From: an uncultured Chloroflexia bacterium
Lineage (GTDB): Bacteria; Chloroflexota; Limnocylindria; Limnocylindrales; CSP1-4
DNA length: 64,000 nucleotides
Reading direction: 5' to 3'
NCBI GenBank assembly: GCA_963766735.1
Contig: CAVYBU010000006.1
Span: 96,001-160,000 of the forward strand
The notes below the pieces were generated by a model. It was not told the DNA's origin. It saw only the letters and a program-made list of their open reading frames with translations, and did no database searches. This document shows positions 29,223-39,521 of this stretch, piece after piece. Both the position numbers and the translations under genes were made by a program. Position 1 is the first letter of the stretch. Each line of letters begins with the position of its first letter.

Positions 29223-30041
29223 ATGTCCGACCAGCAGGTGCGCTACGACAGGATCGCCCAGGGCTACGCCAGGTGGTGGTCGCCGATCCACCGCGCGTCC
29301 ACCCTGCGGCTCCTGGACGAAGCCGATACCGACGTAGCGGGAGGGGCGCGGCGGATCCTCGACGTCGGGTGCGGCACGGGGGCGATGGCGGTTGCCGCCG
29401 CCGAGCGCTGGCCGACGGTGACGGTGGACGGGGTCGACGCGTCGGAGGGCATGCTCGCGATCGCACGCGGCGAGCTCGACAAGGTGCCGGGCTCGGTGCG
29501 GGATCGTGTCCGGTACGGGCACGGGTATGCGGAGGGGCTGCCATTTGCGGATGCCACCTTCGACGTCGTGCTGGTCGCATTCGTGTTGCAGCTCGTCCCG
29601 TCCCGACCGCGCGCGCTGCGCGAGATGCGGCGGGTGCTCCGGCCCGGCGGCCGCCTGGCCTGCGTCCGGTGGCTCGACGGCGGCGAGCGGCTGGGCGCGG
29701 ACGACGCCTACGACGAAGCGCTGGAGGCGGCGGGCATCGATCCGCGGGGCGAGGGAGATGACCGCCCAGACGCGGTGTCACCCGCCGCTGCCACAGCGCA
29801 GCTCCGCAGGGCCGGGTTCCGGGGAGTGACCTCGCACGTGGCCGACCTTGAGCACGCGTTCACCCCGGAGGGGTTCGCAGGGTTCATCACGCGATTCGAT
29901 GACGAGGACCTGTTCGCCACGATGGAGCCGGTGGCACGCGCCACCCTGGAAGCGGACCTGGTCCGACGGCTGCGCGTGCTGCCGCCGGACGGGCTCCGTC
30001 TGAGGCTGCCGACCGTGTATGCCAGCGGGTACCGGGGGTAG
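29223..30041 (+). CDS. class I SAM-dependent methyltransferase
   Basis: ILDVGCGTG, VDASEGML, LPFADATFD, RVLRPGG. Confidence 0.9.
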   Translation: MSDQQVRYDRIAQGYARWWSPIHRASTLRLLDEADTDVAGGARRILDVGCGTGAMAVAAAERWPTVTVDGVDASEGMLAIARGELDKVPGSVRDRVRYGHGYAEGLPFADATFDVVLVAFVLQLVPSRPRALREMRRVLRPGGRLACVRWLDGGERLGADDAYDEALEAAGIDPRGEGDDRPDAVSPAAATAQLRRAGFRGVTSHVADLEHAFTPEGFAGFITRFDDEDLFATMEPVARATLEADLVRRLRVLPPDGLRLRLPTVYASGYRG

Positions 30042-30056
30042 CCGGCACCCGGCGGA

Positions 30057-30695
30057 TCAGACCTCGGCGGCCGGTTCCGCTTCGGGCTCGACGACCGGCT
30101 CCTCGCCGAGGGCCACGACGACCTCCTCGACGATCTCCTCGCGCGGCTCCAGCACCCGGGCGATCACATCGGCGGGATCGGCCAGGATCGTCACGCCTTC
30201 GGGCACGGCCAGGTCGGCGACGGTGATCGTGTCGTCATAGGTCGCCAGCGACCCGAGGTCGTAGTGGATCGACTCCGGCAGGTTGGCCGGCAGCGCCCGC
30301 GCCTTGATCATGGAGACGGGGTGCACGAGCGAGCCGCCCTGGGCGGCTGCCGGTGCGGCACCCTCTGCCACGAGCTGGACCTCGACCGTGAGTTCCTCGG
30401 TCATCCGGACCACGAACAGGTCCACGTGGAGCGGCCGCCTGGTGAGCGGATGGATCTGGATGCCCTGGAGCAGGACCGGGCGAGCGTCGCCACCATCCAC
30501 CGAGAGGTCGACGAGCGTGGAGCGCCCGGTCCGGCGGCGCAGCTGGTCGAAGGCGTGGGCGTCGATCATCACGGACTCGCTTTCCGTGCCATGACCGAAC
30601 ACGACAGCCGGCAGGCGTCCCTCCTTGCGGAGTCGGGCGACCTTCTTGCCGGTGATGGTGCGGCGCTCCGCCGCGAGACGGGGACGATCGGCCAT
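30057..30695 (-). CDS. rplY: 50S ribosomal protein L25 (CTC/TL5 long form)
   Basis: GKKVARLRKEGRLPAVVFG, HPLTRRPLHVDLF, C-terminal domain with acidic tail. Confidence 0.93.
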   Translation of the reverse strand: MADRPRLAAERRTITGKKVARLRKEGRLPAVVFGHGTESESVMIDAHAFDQLRRRTGRSTLVDLSVDGGDARPVLLQGIQIHPLTRRPLHVDLFVVRMTEELTVEVQLVAEGAAPAAAQGGSLVHPVSMIKARALPANLPESIHYDLGSLATYDDTITVADLAVPEGVTILADPADVIARVLEPREEIVEEVVVALGEEPVVEPEAEPAAEV

Positions 30696-30928
30696 TGATG
30701 CGAGCCTCCAGCTCTGTCGGCATCCGGACGGGGTCTGGCATCCGGTCCGGCGGCGCCCGGGGCGAGCAGTAGCCCGGGGCGAGCGGGCCTCCGGCCCGTG
30801 CATATCGCTGCCGAGGCTATCACGAGCGTCCACGGCGGTACGTCCGCGGCCCCGTCCGGGGTCGCGGGACCCGCTGCGCTGCACCCATCGCCCACCCCGG
30901 CGGCCTCCCGGTGTAGGATCGCCGAGCC

Positions 30929-31627
30929 GTGGCAGCCACCATCCTGATCGTCGAAGACGAGTTCGCCGTTGCGCGTGGGATCCAGTACGCCCTCCAGCAG
31001 GAAGGGTACGAGGTCACCGTCGCGCGGTCGGGCGAGGAGGGGCTGGACTTCGCCACCAACCAGGCCCCCGATCTCATCGTCCTGGACGTCCGCCTCCCGG
31101 GCATCGACGGCTTCGAGGTGCTGCGCCGCCTCCGCGCCGTCGGCTCCAAGGCGCCGGTCCTGTTCCTCACCGCCCGCGGCGACGAGTTCGACAAGGTGGT
31201 CGGCCTCGAGCTGGGCGCCGACGACTACGTCACCAAGCCGTTCGCCCTCCGGGAGCTGATGAGCCGCATCCGGGCCCTGCTGCGCCGCGCGTACGGGGAC
31301 CTGGCCAACGCCGCCGGCGGGCGGGTGATCCGCCACGAGGACCTCGTCATCGATCTCGAGCGCCGGCGCGTCCAGCGCGGCAACCGGCGCATCGCCCTGA
31401 CGGCGACCGAGTTCGAGATCCTCCGCCACCTGGCCAGCCGCCCGGGGCGGGTGTTCACCCGTCGGGAGCTGCTGGAGCTGCTGCGCGACTACGACGCCCT
31501 GGACCAGGACGAGAAGACGATCAACGTCCACGTCAGCCACCTGCGCGAGAAGATCGAGGACGATCCCTCGCTGCCCCACTTCGTGCTGACGGTCCGGGGT
31601 GCGGGCTACCAGTTCGCCGAGCGCTGA
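30929..31627 (+). CDS. OmpR/PhoB family response regulator
   Basis: VEDE, LDVRLP, GADDYVTKPF, winged helix with LTVRGAGY. Confidence 0.95.
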   Translation: MAATILIVEDEFAVARGIQYALQQEGYEVTVARSGEEGLDFATNQAPDLIVLDVRLPGIDGFEVLRRLRAVGSKAPVLFLTARGDEFDKVVGLELGADDYVTKPFALRELMSRIRALLRRAYGDLANAAGGRVIRHEDLVIDLERRRVQRGNRRIALTATEFEILRHLASRPGRVFTRRELLELLRDYDALDQDEKTINVHVSHLREKIEDDPSLPHFVLTVRGAGYQFAER

Positions 31628-31628
31628 C

Positions 31629-33371
31629 ATGGGCGATCCCCGCCCGCCCCGGGGCCGCCGCGACCCGCGGCCGCCGCTCCGCCCGACGGTCCCGAGGTCG
31701 TTCCAGACCCGGTTGACCATCGCGTTCATGGGCGTCGTCGCCCTGACCCTCGCGCTGGTGGCACCGGTGGTGATCAACCGCCTCGACGACTACTTCCGGA
31801 TCCAGGAGGAACAGAGCCTCCGCGCGCAGGCCGCGGCCACCGCGGCCATCCTCGACCGGTTCATCTCGGAGTCGGTCGGTACCAATGGCGTGGTAGCGGT
31901 CGTGGACGGCACACTCCAGCTGAACCCCGCCGTCGAGGCGGCGCTGATCGGAGGCGACCTCCTGGCGCTCGCCGCCCAGAACATCGCCCACGCCGACGTC
32001 CAGCTGCGGTTCGGGCTCGCCCAACCGGACACGGACGGGATCCTCGTGCCCAATCCCGAAGCCAACCTGGGCTTCGACATGCCGCTGGACACGGAGCCCG
32101 CGAGAGGCCAGGTGCGAGATCCGGCGATCGCCCCGGCTCGCTCCGACGTTGCCCATACAAACGCGGTGCAGGACTGGGGCATGAGCGTGACGCTCTCCAA
32201 CCCCTATACCAGCCGCGCCACGACGCTGGCGGCCGTCACCGGCCTGCTGTTGGTCATGGCATCGGTCGCGTTCATGATCGCCGTGCTGGTGGCCGCGTTC
32301 ATCGCCCACCGCTTCACCACGCCGATCACGCGCCTCACCGAGGCCTCCCGACGGCTCGCCGAGGGCGACTTCACGTCACGCGTCGCCACCGACGAGCTCT
32401 CCTCCGGGACGCTCGAGCTGCGCGCCCTGTCGACGCAGTTCAACATGATGGCCGACCAGCTCGAGGAGAGCGTGTCCATCATCCGTCGGGACCGGGACCG
32501 GGGCCGGGACTTCCTGGCGGATGTCAGCCACGAGCTGCGCACGCCAATCGCCGCGATGCGCACGTTTGTCGAGCTGCTCCAGGGCCCGGCGGGAACGGAT
32601 CCGGCGGCGCGGACGGAGTTCCTCGACTCCTCGGCCGTCCAGTTGGACCGGCTCGACTGGATGGCCCAGAACCTCCTGGAGCTGTCCAAGCTCGACTCGG
32701 GGCTGGTGTTGCTCGACCTGCGGCCGGACGACGTGCGCGGGACGATCGAGTCCGCGGTCGAGCAGCAGCTGGCAGCAGCCGAGCGCAAGGGAATCGCCCT
32801 GACCTCGACCCTCCCCGATCACCCCCTCCGGATCCACCACGATGCGCCCAGGATCGGCCAGGTGGTCACCAACCTCGTCGGCAACGCCCTCAAGTTCACC
32901 AGGCGAGGCGGCGAGGTGCGGGTGTCGGCGCGCCTCGACGGCGAAGGCGGGGCGCGGATCGAGGTTGCCGACACGGGGGTCGGCATCAGTCCGGGCGAGC
33001 TTCCCCAGATCTTCGATCGCTTCTACCGTGGCGCGGAAGCGAACGAGGCACGGAGCACGGGCTCCGGCCTCGGCCTGGCCATCGTCAAGTCCATCGTGGA
33101 CATGCACCACGGGACGATCGAGGTGGAGAGTCGCGTCGGGTCGGGCACCCGGTTCACGGTGGCGCTGCCGCGCGACCCGCGCCAGACCCTCGACCCGCGC
33201 GAGACCGACGGTCCGGAACTCGCCGGAGCCGAACCGGCGCGGAAGGTGGACAATTCTTCACCAACTGACGCCCCGGTGCTGAACCCCGCTCCGGCACCCT
33301 TGACCCCGTCCCCAGGCCGACCCGACCCCGATCAGCCCCCCGTCACGCATGGAAGCCCATCCTCCACATGA
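31629..33371 (+). CDS. HAMP-domain sensor histidine kinase
   Basis: 2 TM, HAMP, SHELRTP, NALKF, DTGVGI, GSGLGLAIV. Confidence 0.94.
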   Translation: MGDPRPPRGRRDPRPPLRPTVPRSFQTRLTIAFMGVVALTLALVAPVVINRLDDYFRIQEEQSLRAQAAATAAILDRFISESVGTNGVVAVVDGTLQLNPAVEAALIGGDLLALAAQNIAHADVQLRFGLAQPDTDGILVPNPEANLGFDMPLDTEPARGQVRDPAIAPARSDVAHTNAVQDWGMSVTLSNPYTSRATTLAAVTGLLLVMASVAFMIAVLVAAFIAHRFTTPITRLTEASRRLAEGDFTSRVATDELSSGTLELRALSTQFNMMADQLEESVSIIRRDRDRGRDFLADVSHELRTPIAAMRTFVELLQGPAGTDPAARTEFLDSSAVQLDRLDWMAQNLLELSKLDSGLVLLDLRPDDVRGTIESAVEQQLAAAERKGIALTSTLPDHPLRIHHDAPRIGQVVTNLVGNALKFTRRGGEVRVSARLDGEGGARIEVADTGVGISPGELPQIFDRFYRGAEANEARSTGSGLGLAIVKSIVDMHHGTIEVESRVGSGTRFTVALPRDPRQTLDPRETDGPELAGAEPARKVDNSSPTDAPVLNPAPAPLTPSPGRPDPDQPPVTHGSPSST

Positions 33372-34867
33372 ACGACGACCAGGACCCGACCCCCCGGGAG
33401 GGCGCCGGCGACGCCGGCGCCCTCGAAGACACGCAGCCCATCGAGGTTGAGCGCTACGCGCCTGCACCCGATCCGCGGCCCGACGACCGCTGGGCCTGGG
33501 CGTCCCCCTCGACCGGCGCGGCGGGGGGCGCGGCCCCGGGGTCGGCGGGTGACCACTGGTATGAGCCGGCCCCGGCCGAGCCCGTCCCCGCCTCGGGCAC
33601 CGCCTTCGCGTCGGATCACGTCCCCGGCGGCCAGGACACCTCCCCCTGGGCAAGGCCGGCGGAGCCCGTCCCGGGCCCGTTCGCCCCGCCGCCGTCGTAC
33701 GGCACGCCTGCGCCCGCCCCCACCGGACCGGCTCACCGCCGCGGTGGTGCGGGCATCGGCAGCATCGTGGTGGCCTCCGTGCTGTCCGCAGTGCTGGCAT
33801 CCGGCGGCACGGTCCTGATCCTGGACCGCGCCGGAGCACTGGACCATCCGGTGGTCGTCACGAATGCGGGAACTGTCCAGCAGACCGCCAGCCAGCAGCC
33901 GGTCACGATCGACGAGTCGTCCGCCGTCATCGACGCAGCGGCGAAGGTCGGCCCGGCCGTGGTCAAGATCAACGTTGCGGGCCAGTCCACCGATCCGTTC
34001 GGGTCCGTGCCCACCGAGGGCATCGGGTCCGGCTTCATCTACGACGCATCGGGCTGGATCCTCACCAACCGTCACGTCATCACGGGCGCCGACACCCTTG
34101 TGGTGGAGCTCAAGGATGGCCGTCGTTTCGACGGCACGGTCTACGGCATCGACACCCTGACCGATCTCGCGATCGTCAAGGTGGACGCCACCGGTCTGCC
34201 CACGGCCCCGGTCGGCCGGTCCGACGGCCTCAAGATCGGCCAGCTCGTCGTCGCGATCGGCAGCCCTCTCGGCCTGTACTCCTTCTCGGTCACGAGCGGG
34301 ATCGTCTCGGGCAAGGGCCGTGATATCCGGGTGGAGGACGGGAAGACCCAGATCTCCAACCTGATCCAGACCGACGCGGCCATCAACCCCGGCAACTCGG
34401 GTGGCCCGCTGGTGGACGGCTCCGGCGCCGTGGTCGGAGTCAACACGGCCGTCGCAACCGACTCGAGCGGCATCGGCTTCGCCATCCCGATCGACATCGC
34501 CCGGCCGATCATGGAGCAGGCGGTCCGCGGCGAGGCGCTGTCCCGGCCCTGGATCGGCATCCGGTTCCAGCCCATCGACCTCCAGGTCAAGGAGGACCTT
34601 GGCCTGAGCGTGGAGGCGGGCGCGCTGGTCACCACCAGCGGCGGTTCGGATCCCGCGGTGGTGGACGGCAGCCCGGCGGCACAGGCGGGCATCGAGGACG
34701 GCGACATCATCGTGGCCATCAACGGGATCGGGATCGACCCGGAGCACCCGCTCAATGTCCTGCTGACCCAGTTCTCGCCGAGCGAGACGGTCGAGCTGGA
34801 CATCCTGCGTGCCGGCGCCCCGATGAAGGTCAACGTCACGCTCGGAACCCGCCCGGCCAACCTCTAG
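33368..34867 (+). CDS. htrA: HtrA/DegP-like serine protease with PDZ, membrane-anchored
   Basis: LTNRHV, DLAIVK, INPGNSGGPL, PDZ; ATGA overlap with the kinase. Confidence 0.92.
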   Translation: MNDDQDPTPREGAGDAGALEDTQPIEVERYAPAPDPRPDDRWAWASPSTGAAGGAAPGSAGDHWYEPAPAEPVPASGTAFASDHVPGGQDTSPWARPAEPVPGPFAPPPSYGTPAPAPTGPAHRRGGAGIGSIVVASVLSAVLASGGTVLILDRAGALDHPVVVTNAGTVQQTASQQPVTIDESSAVIDAAAKVGPAVVKINVAGQSTDPFGSVPTEGIGSGFIYDASGWILTNRHVITGADTLVVELKDGRRFDGTVYGIDTLTDLAIVKVDATGLPTAPVGRSDGLKIGQLVVAIGSPLGLYSFSVTSGIVSGKGRDIRVEDGKTQISNLIQTDAAINPGNSGGPLVDGSGAVVGVNTAVATDSSGIGFAIPIDIARPIMEQAVRGEALSRPWIGIRFQPIDLQVKEDLGLSVEAGALVTTSGGSDPAVVDGSPAAQAGIEDGDIIVAINGIGIDPEHPLNVLLTQFSPSETVELDILRAGAPMKVNVTLGTRPANL

Positions 34868-34900
34868 CCGGGTCCGCGTCCTTCGAAGAACCTGCCAGGG

Positions 34901-35266
34901 TCAGCTCGTTCGGCGGCGGTGGATCTCCACGCCCGCGCTCCGGAACGGCCCCGAGAGTGTCACGGCGGGCTTGCGGATGCGCACGGTCACCTCGTCGGCC
35001 GGGTAGTTGGCCAGGAGCTCATGGGCGATCGCCTCCGCCAGCGCCTCGATCAGGTTGAAGCGGGTCGACTCCACGATCTGGCGGCAGGCGTCGTACACGG
35101 CCGCGTAGTCGATCGTCTGCGCGAGATCGTCGCTCAGACCGGCGGGCTGCAGGTTCAGCGCCAGGTCCACGTCAACCTCGAAGGGCTGCGGACTGGCCTG
35201 CTCCTCGGGGAACACGCCGTGCGTGCCCCGGAGGACCATCGCCTCGAGATAGATCCTGTCGCTCAC
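34901..35266 (-). CDS. folB: dihydroneopterin aldolase
   Basis: HGVFPEE..Q.F.VD, TIDY, LIEALA, RKP. Confidence 0.93.
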   Translation of the reverse strand: MSDRIYLEAMVLRGTHGVFPEEQASPQPFEVDVDLALNLQPAGLSDDLAQTIDYAAVYDACRQIVESTRFNLIEALAEAIAHELLANYPADEVTVRIRKPAVTLSGPFRSAGVEIHRRRTS

Positions 35267-36249
35267 GTGCCCGTCCCATCTGGCCACCCGGCAGGCCGCC
35301 ACCCCCGAAGGATCGCATCCGCGATCCTCGCCGTGCGGACGTTCTCGCGCACGTCGTGGACCCGGACCACGTCGACACCCGCCGCGATGCCCAGCGCCGT
35401 GGTTGCAGCGGTGGCCTCCACGCGCTCTGTCGGGGGCAGGTCCAGCACCTTGCCGAGAGTGGACTTGCGCGAGGTTCCCAGCAGGACCGGGCGGCCCAGC
35501 ACCCGTAGCGAACCCAGATCCCGGAGCAGCGCGAGGTTGTGGTCCGGGGTCTTGCCGAAGCCGAAACCTGGATCCAGGATGAGCTGGTCCCAGGCCACCC
35601 CGGCATCCAGGGCCCGCTCCAGCGCCCGTTGCAGGTCCGCCACGACCTCCGACACCAGGTTGCGATAGCGGGCCTCCGCCCGGTTGTGCATGAGCACGAT
35701 CGGGACCGCCCTCTCGGCGGCCAGGCGGACCATCCCCGGGTCGTCGGCCACGCCCCAGATGTCGTTGAGCAGGTGCGCTCCGGCGTCCAGGGCGGCGGCT
35801 GCCACGGTCGGGCTGGTGGTGTCGACGGAGAGCGGCATCCCGGGGAGCGCGGCGGCGACCGCCCGGATCACGGGCACGACACGCCCCGACTCCGCCTCCA
35901 CATCGATTGGAGCGTGGCCAGGCCGGCTGGACGCGCCTCCGATGTCGAGCAGGTCGGCTCCCTCATCGGCCATCCGTCGGGCCTGGTCAACCGCCGCTGC
36001 GACCGGGTCACCAGCGGCGAGCAGCCCGTCGCCGGAGAACGAGTCCGGCGTGACGTTGAGGACGCCCATCACGAACGTCCGATCACCCCAGGCGAAGGTG
36101 GCAGGCCCGATCGCCAGCGGCTGTGGCGACCCCGGCAGACCGGGACCGGCGCCTTCCGGCAACCCGTACGAGGGAGTGGCCGCACCACCGCCCTCCTCGG
36201 GCCGCTCGTGGATGACGCCACCCTCCCCGGGGAGCCGTCGATCGCTCAT
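35263..36249 (-). CDS. folP: dihydropteroate synthase
   Basis: MGVLNVTPDSFSG, DPGFGFGK, SRK, RVHDV. Confidence 0.95.
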   Translation of the reverse strand: MSDRRLPGEGGVIHERPEEGGGAATPSYGLPEGAGPGLPGSPQPLAIGPATFAWGDRTFVMGVLNVTPDSFSGDGLLAAGDPVAAAVDQARRMADEGADLLDIGGASSRPGHAPIDVEAESGRVVPVIRAVAAALPGMPLSVDTTSPTVAAAALDAGAHLLNDIWGVADDPGMVRLAAERAVPIVLMHNRAEARYRNLVSEVVADLQRALERALDAGVAWDQLILDPGFGFGKTPDHNLALLRDLGSLRVLGRPVLLGTSRKSTLGKVLDLPPTERVEATAATTALGIAAGVDVVRVHDVRENVRTARIADAILRGWRPAGWPDGTGT

Positions 36250-37646
36250 GCGGGCACCGGGTCCCGGAGCCCCGGATCATCCACGAGTCGGGTTCGCACG
36301 GCACCAACCAGGTACAGCGAGCCCGCCACGACCACCGGTCCCTCCGCCCGGGCGAGGGCGCGATCCAGCGCGGCACCCGGGTCCGGTGCGGTCAACACCG
36401 TGCCGCCGGGCAACGCTGCACGCCACGCGGCGGCAAGATCCGCGGGTGCCATCGCCCGTGGCAGGTCCACAGCGGTGCAGACGACAGTCGCACCGGCAAG
36501 GGCGTCCGATCGGGCGGCGGCGGCGACGGTGCCGGGGACGTCCTTGTCCACCATCGCCGCCCAGACGAGCGTGAGGGGAACCGGCGGGGTGACGTCGCCC
36601 CCGGCGAGGTGGGGGCGCAGGTCGTCCAGGGCCGTCGCGAGGGCGGCGGCCCCGTCCGGATTGTGTGCGCCATCGAGGAGGACCTCCCGTCGGCCGCGCC
36701 CCGGCACGGGAGCCTCGAGCAACTCCAGCCGACCTGGCCAGGATGCGGTCGCATAGCCCTCCCGTCGCGCCGCATCCGGCACCGTCACCATCCCGGCGGC
36801 CTCGAGCGCGTCGAGCAGCGCGTCCGCAATCGCGACGTTGGCGGCCTGGTGGCGGCCCCGGAGCCCCACCGCGGTGGCACCCAGCCGCGGCAGGTCCACC
36901 GTGAGCGCGTCGCGCGTCCACCCAAGCACGGGCGGCGGCGGGGCAACGGCCAGCGGGACGCCAAGCCGGGTGCAGCGGCGGCGTACGATCGCGAGCGCCT
37001 CGCCGGAGGTGCCTGTCACGGCACGGTCGCCGCGCATCACGATGGCGGCCTTCTCCCGGGCGATCGCCGGGACCGTGGCGCCCAGCCGGTCCGTGTGGTC
37101 CAGGCCGACGTTGGTGATCACGGCCACGCCGCCGTCCCACGCGTGGGTGGCGTCGAGGCGTCCGCCGAGACCGACCTCGACGAGCGCGACGTCCGGTCGC
37201 ACCTCCGCGAAGCGGCGAAACATGATCGCGGTCAGCAGCTCGAACTCGGTCGGCTGGCCCAGGCGGCGCGCCACACGGTCGGCCAGGGGCAGGGCCTCCG
37301 TCACGAGGCGGCTGAAGTCCTCGGCCGCGATCGGCTGCCCATCGACGACGATGCGCTCCCGGTACGTGACAAGGTGAGGCTTGGGGGTTTCGCCGACGCG
37401 GTACCCGGCAGCTCGGAGTGCCGATCCGGCCAGCGCGATAACGCTCCCCTTGCCGTTGGTCCCGGCGACCAGCGCGCCACGCACGGCCAGCTGGGGATCA
37501 CCCATGGCACGCAGGAGCGCGTTCGTCCGGCCAAGCCCCAGGCGAATGCCGAACCGCCCACGGGCCTCGATCGCCGCGAGGGCTTCCGCGTAGGTGAGGT
37601 CGCCGCTCGCAGCGGAGGGCGGCGGCTCGCGGCGGGGCACGTTCAC
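36246..37646 (-). CDS. folC: folylpolyglutamate synthase/dihydrofolate synthase
   Basis: AGTNGKGS, EVGLGGRLDAT, WPGRLE, DGAHNP, GSLYLVG. Confidence 0.94.
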   Translation of the reverse strand: MNVPRREPPPSAASGDLTYAEALAAIEARGRFGIRLGLGRTNALLRAMGDPQLAVRGALVAGTNGKGSVIALAGSALRAAGYRVGETPKPHLVTYRERIVVDGQPIAAEDFSRLVTEALPLADRVARRLGQPTEFELLTAIMFRRFAEVRPDVALVEVGLGGRLDATHAWDGGVAVITNVGLDHTDRLGATVPAIAREKAAIVMRGDRAVTGTSGEALAIVRRRCTRLGVPLAVAPPPPVLGWTRDALTVDLPRLGATAVGLRGRHQAANVAIADALLDALEAAGMVTVPDAARREGYATASWPGRLELLEAPVPGRGRREVLLDGAHNPDGAAALATALDDLRPHLAGGDVTPPVPLTLVWAAMVDKDVPGTVAAAARSDALAGATVVCTAVDLPRAMAPADLAAAWRAALPGGTVLTAPDPGAALDRALARAEGPVVVAGSLYLVGAVRTRLVDDPGLRDPVPA

Positions 37647-38113
37647 TCGCGGGTCAGCTCGTCCTCGTAGAAGACGCACTGGTTGAAGCGGGGCGTGAGG
37701 CACACGTCGTTGACGAAGCCGTCTTCGAGATGGACCCCGCCGCGCAACTGGCAGCGAGAGACGTTGTTCGGCTGGCGAAGCAGCCCCTTGAGCAGGTGCG
37801 GGGCCTGAATGGGGATCGCGCCACGGGACCCGGTCATGTAGAAGTGCGGGCAGACGTTGCGCCGGAGGCTGGGGAGGCCGAACCCGCCGCGGATCGGCGG
37901 GGAGTACGGGCGGGCGGGCGCGGCGCCACGCATCGGATACCCGGGGTCCGGTGGCCGGCGGGCCGGCGGCATGCGCGGGGCAACCGGCTCGGGAGGCGCC
38001 GCTTCCTCGACCGGTGCCGCATGGCGCGTCTGCACGCGGGCGATCGGTCCGTGGCTCCAGGCGCTGCGGTCTCCCGGGCTCGGGCGCACCGGCCTGCGGT
38101 CTCGGGGCTCCAC
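37643..38113 (-). CDS. hypothetical protein: Pro/Arg-rich N-terminus plus 4-Cys C-terminal domain
   Basis: GAGAGG upstream of GTG; CPHFY..C..C..C.FY; stop overlaps the folC start (GTGA). Confidence 0.65.
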   Translation of the reverse strand: MEPRDRRPVRPSPGDRSAWSHGPIARVQTRHAAPVEEAAPPEPVAPRMPPARRPPDPGYPMRGAAPARPYSPPIRGGFGLPSLRRNVCPHFYMTGSRGAIPIQAPHLLKGLLRQPNNVSRCQLRGGVHLEDGFVNDVCLTPRFNQCVFYEDELTRE

Positions 38114-38234
38114 TCCATCCCTCTCTCCGTGACCCTCGGGGACGACGGGGCCACGTGGACGCAGCGTACCACCGGGTCCCACAACCGCACCGGGCGGCGC
38201 CGCCCACAATCCGGCGGGTCGGCTCCGTCGCTTC

Positions 38235-39461
38235 ATGCGACAATCCCGCCCGATGGATCCCCGCCAGGGTGGCCGACCGCCGCAGGTCCGCCCCCGTCCC
38301 TCGTCCAACGGCCGTCCGCGACGCGTGAAGGTTCGCCCTGTCGGTCCGTCGCCGACCCGCCTTGGGCGATACCGGCGCCTCGAGCGCCGCCGTGGGCTGC
38401 CGATCGTGGCCAAGGCCTTCCTCGTTGCCTCGATCGTGGTCATGGGCGGGTTCATCGTGTGGGCCGGGAGTGGCGGCGTGGGCCCGTTCCTTGCCTCCGT
38501 CGCGAGCGGGTTCGGCGGCTTCGTCGAGACCGTGGGTGCGGCCGTCGGCAGCGCACCGCCGACCGCGGCCCCGATGACGAGCGACGCCCCCGCCATCACC
38601 ATGCCCGAGCAGCCGTACACGAACGCGGAGACCATCGACGTGACCGTGACGGTCCCGGCCGCCGTCGCGGGCAGGACGGGCTACACCGTGCGGCTGTACG
38701 TGACCGTGCCCGACACGGCTCCGACGATCCTTGCCCAGGAGCCCGTCGGAGCCACGTCCGTCCTGGTCATCCCGCATGTCACGCTCGCCAAGGGGCCCAA
38801 CGACCTGCAGGCGTCCATCGTGGGGCCGGGCGGCGAGAGCGAGCTGTCGGCGGTCGTCTCCTGGGTTCGCGACAACGTCAAGCCCAAGGTCTCCGTGACA
38901 TCGCCCAAGAGCGGCGCCTCCATCAAGAAGACCAAGACGGCCGTGAAGGGCAAGACCCAGGCCCTCAGCACGGTCCGCCTCAACAACAGCGTCAACGGGG
39001 CCACGACCACGGTCGCGGCCGACGAGGACGGTCTGTGGGAGACCAGCATCGCGCTGGGCGACGGTCTCAACACCATCACCATCACCATCACCGACCCTGC
39101 TGGCAACGAGAACACCGGCACGCTGGACGTGCGCCACGGATCCGGCGAGCTCCGCGCGGATCTCACGGGCAGCGCCTACCGCTTCAAGGCCTCGAAGCTG
39201 CCCACGCGAGTGACCTTCACCGTCACGGTCACCGACCCGGGTGGTCGCCGCCTCTCCGGAGCCACGGCGCTGTTCGCGGTGACCGTGCCCGGCCTCGAGC
39301 CGATCGTCTCGGGCCAGCTCCGCACGAACGGTTCCGGGATCGCGACGTTCACGACGAACCTCCCGAAGGGCGTGGCCAAGGGCAGCGGCCTCGCTGTCGT
39401 GCAGGTGACCACGAAGGGTTACGGGACGATCACCGACCGCCAGGTGCTCACCGTCGAATAG
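38235..39461 (+). CDS. membrane-anchored protein with Ig-like beta-sandwich domains
   Basis: Basic N-terminus, one TM, Thr/Val-rich repeats (GLNTITITITDPAGN). Confidence 0.8.
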   Translation: MRQSRPMDPRQGGRPPQVRPRPSSNGRPRRVKVRPVGPSPTRLGRYRRLERRRGLPIVAKAFLVASIVVMGGFIVWAGSGGVGPFLASVASGFGGFVETVGAAVGSAPPTAAPMTSDAPAITMPEQPYTNAETIDVTVTVPAAVAGRTGYTVRLYVTVPDTAPTILAQEPVGATSVLVIPHVTLAKGPNDLQASIVGPGGESELSAVVSWVRDNVKPKVSVTSPKSGASIKKTKTAVKGKTQALSTVRLNNSVNGATTTVAADEDGLWETSIALGDGLNTITITITDPAGNENTGTLDVRHGSGELRADLTGSAYRFKASKLPTRVTFTVTVTDPGGRRLSGATALFAVTVPGLEPIVSGQLRTNGSGIATFTTNLPKGVAKGSGLAVVQVTTKGYGTITDRQVLTVE

Positions 39462-39486
39462 GCGTTCGATCCGGGGCAGAAACGCC

Positions 39487-39515
39487 TCGACAAAGGGCGA
39501 GGGCGCAGCTACGAT
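39487..39515 (+). promoter_or_regulatory. sigma70-type promoter of a leaderless gene
   Basis: TCGACA-17 nt-TACGAT, 6 nt before ATG 39522; no SD. Confidence 0.6.
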
Positions 39516-39521
39516 CCCCGC

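Noticed and set aside
30929-34867. Response regulator-kinase-HtrA cluster as novel
   Set aside because: Well-known arrangement (CssRS/MprAB-type envelope stress module).
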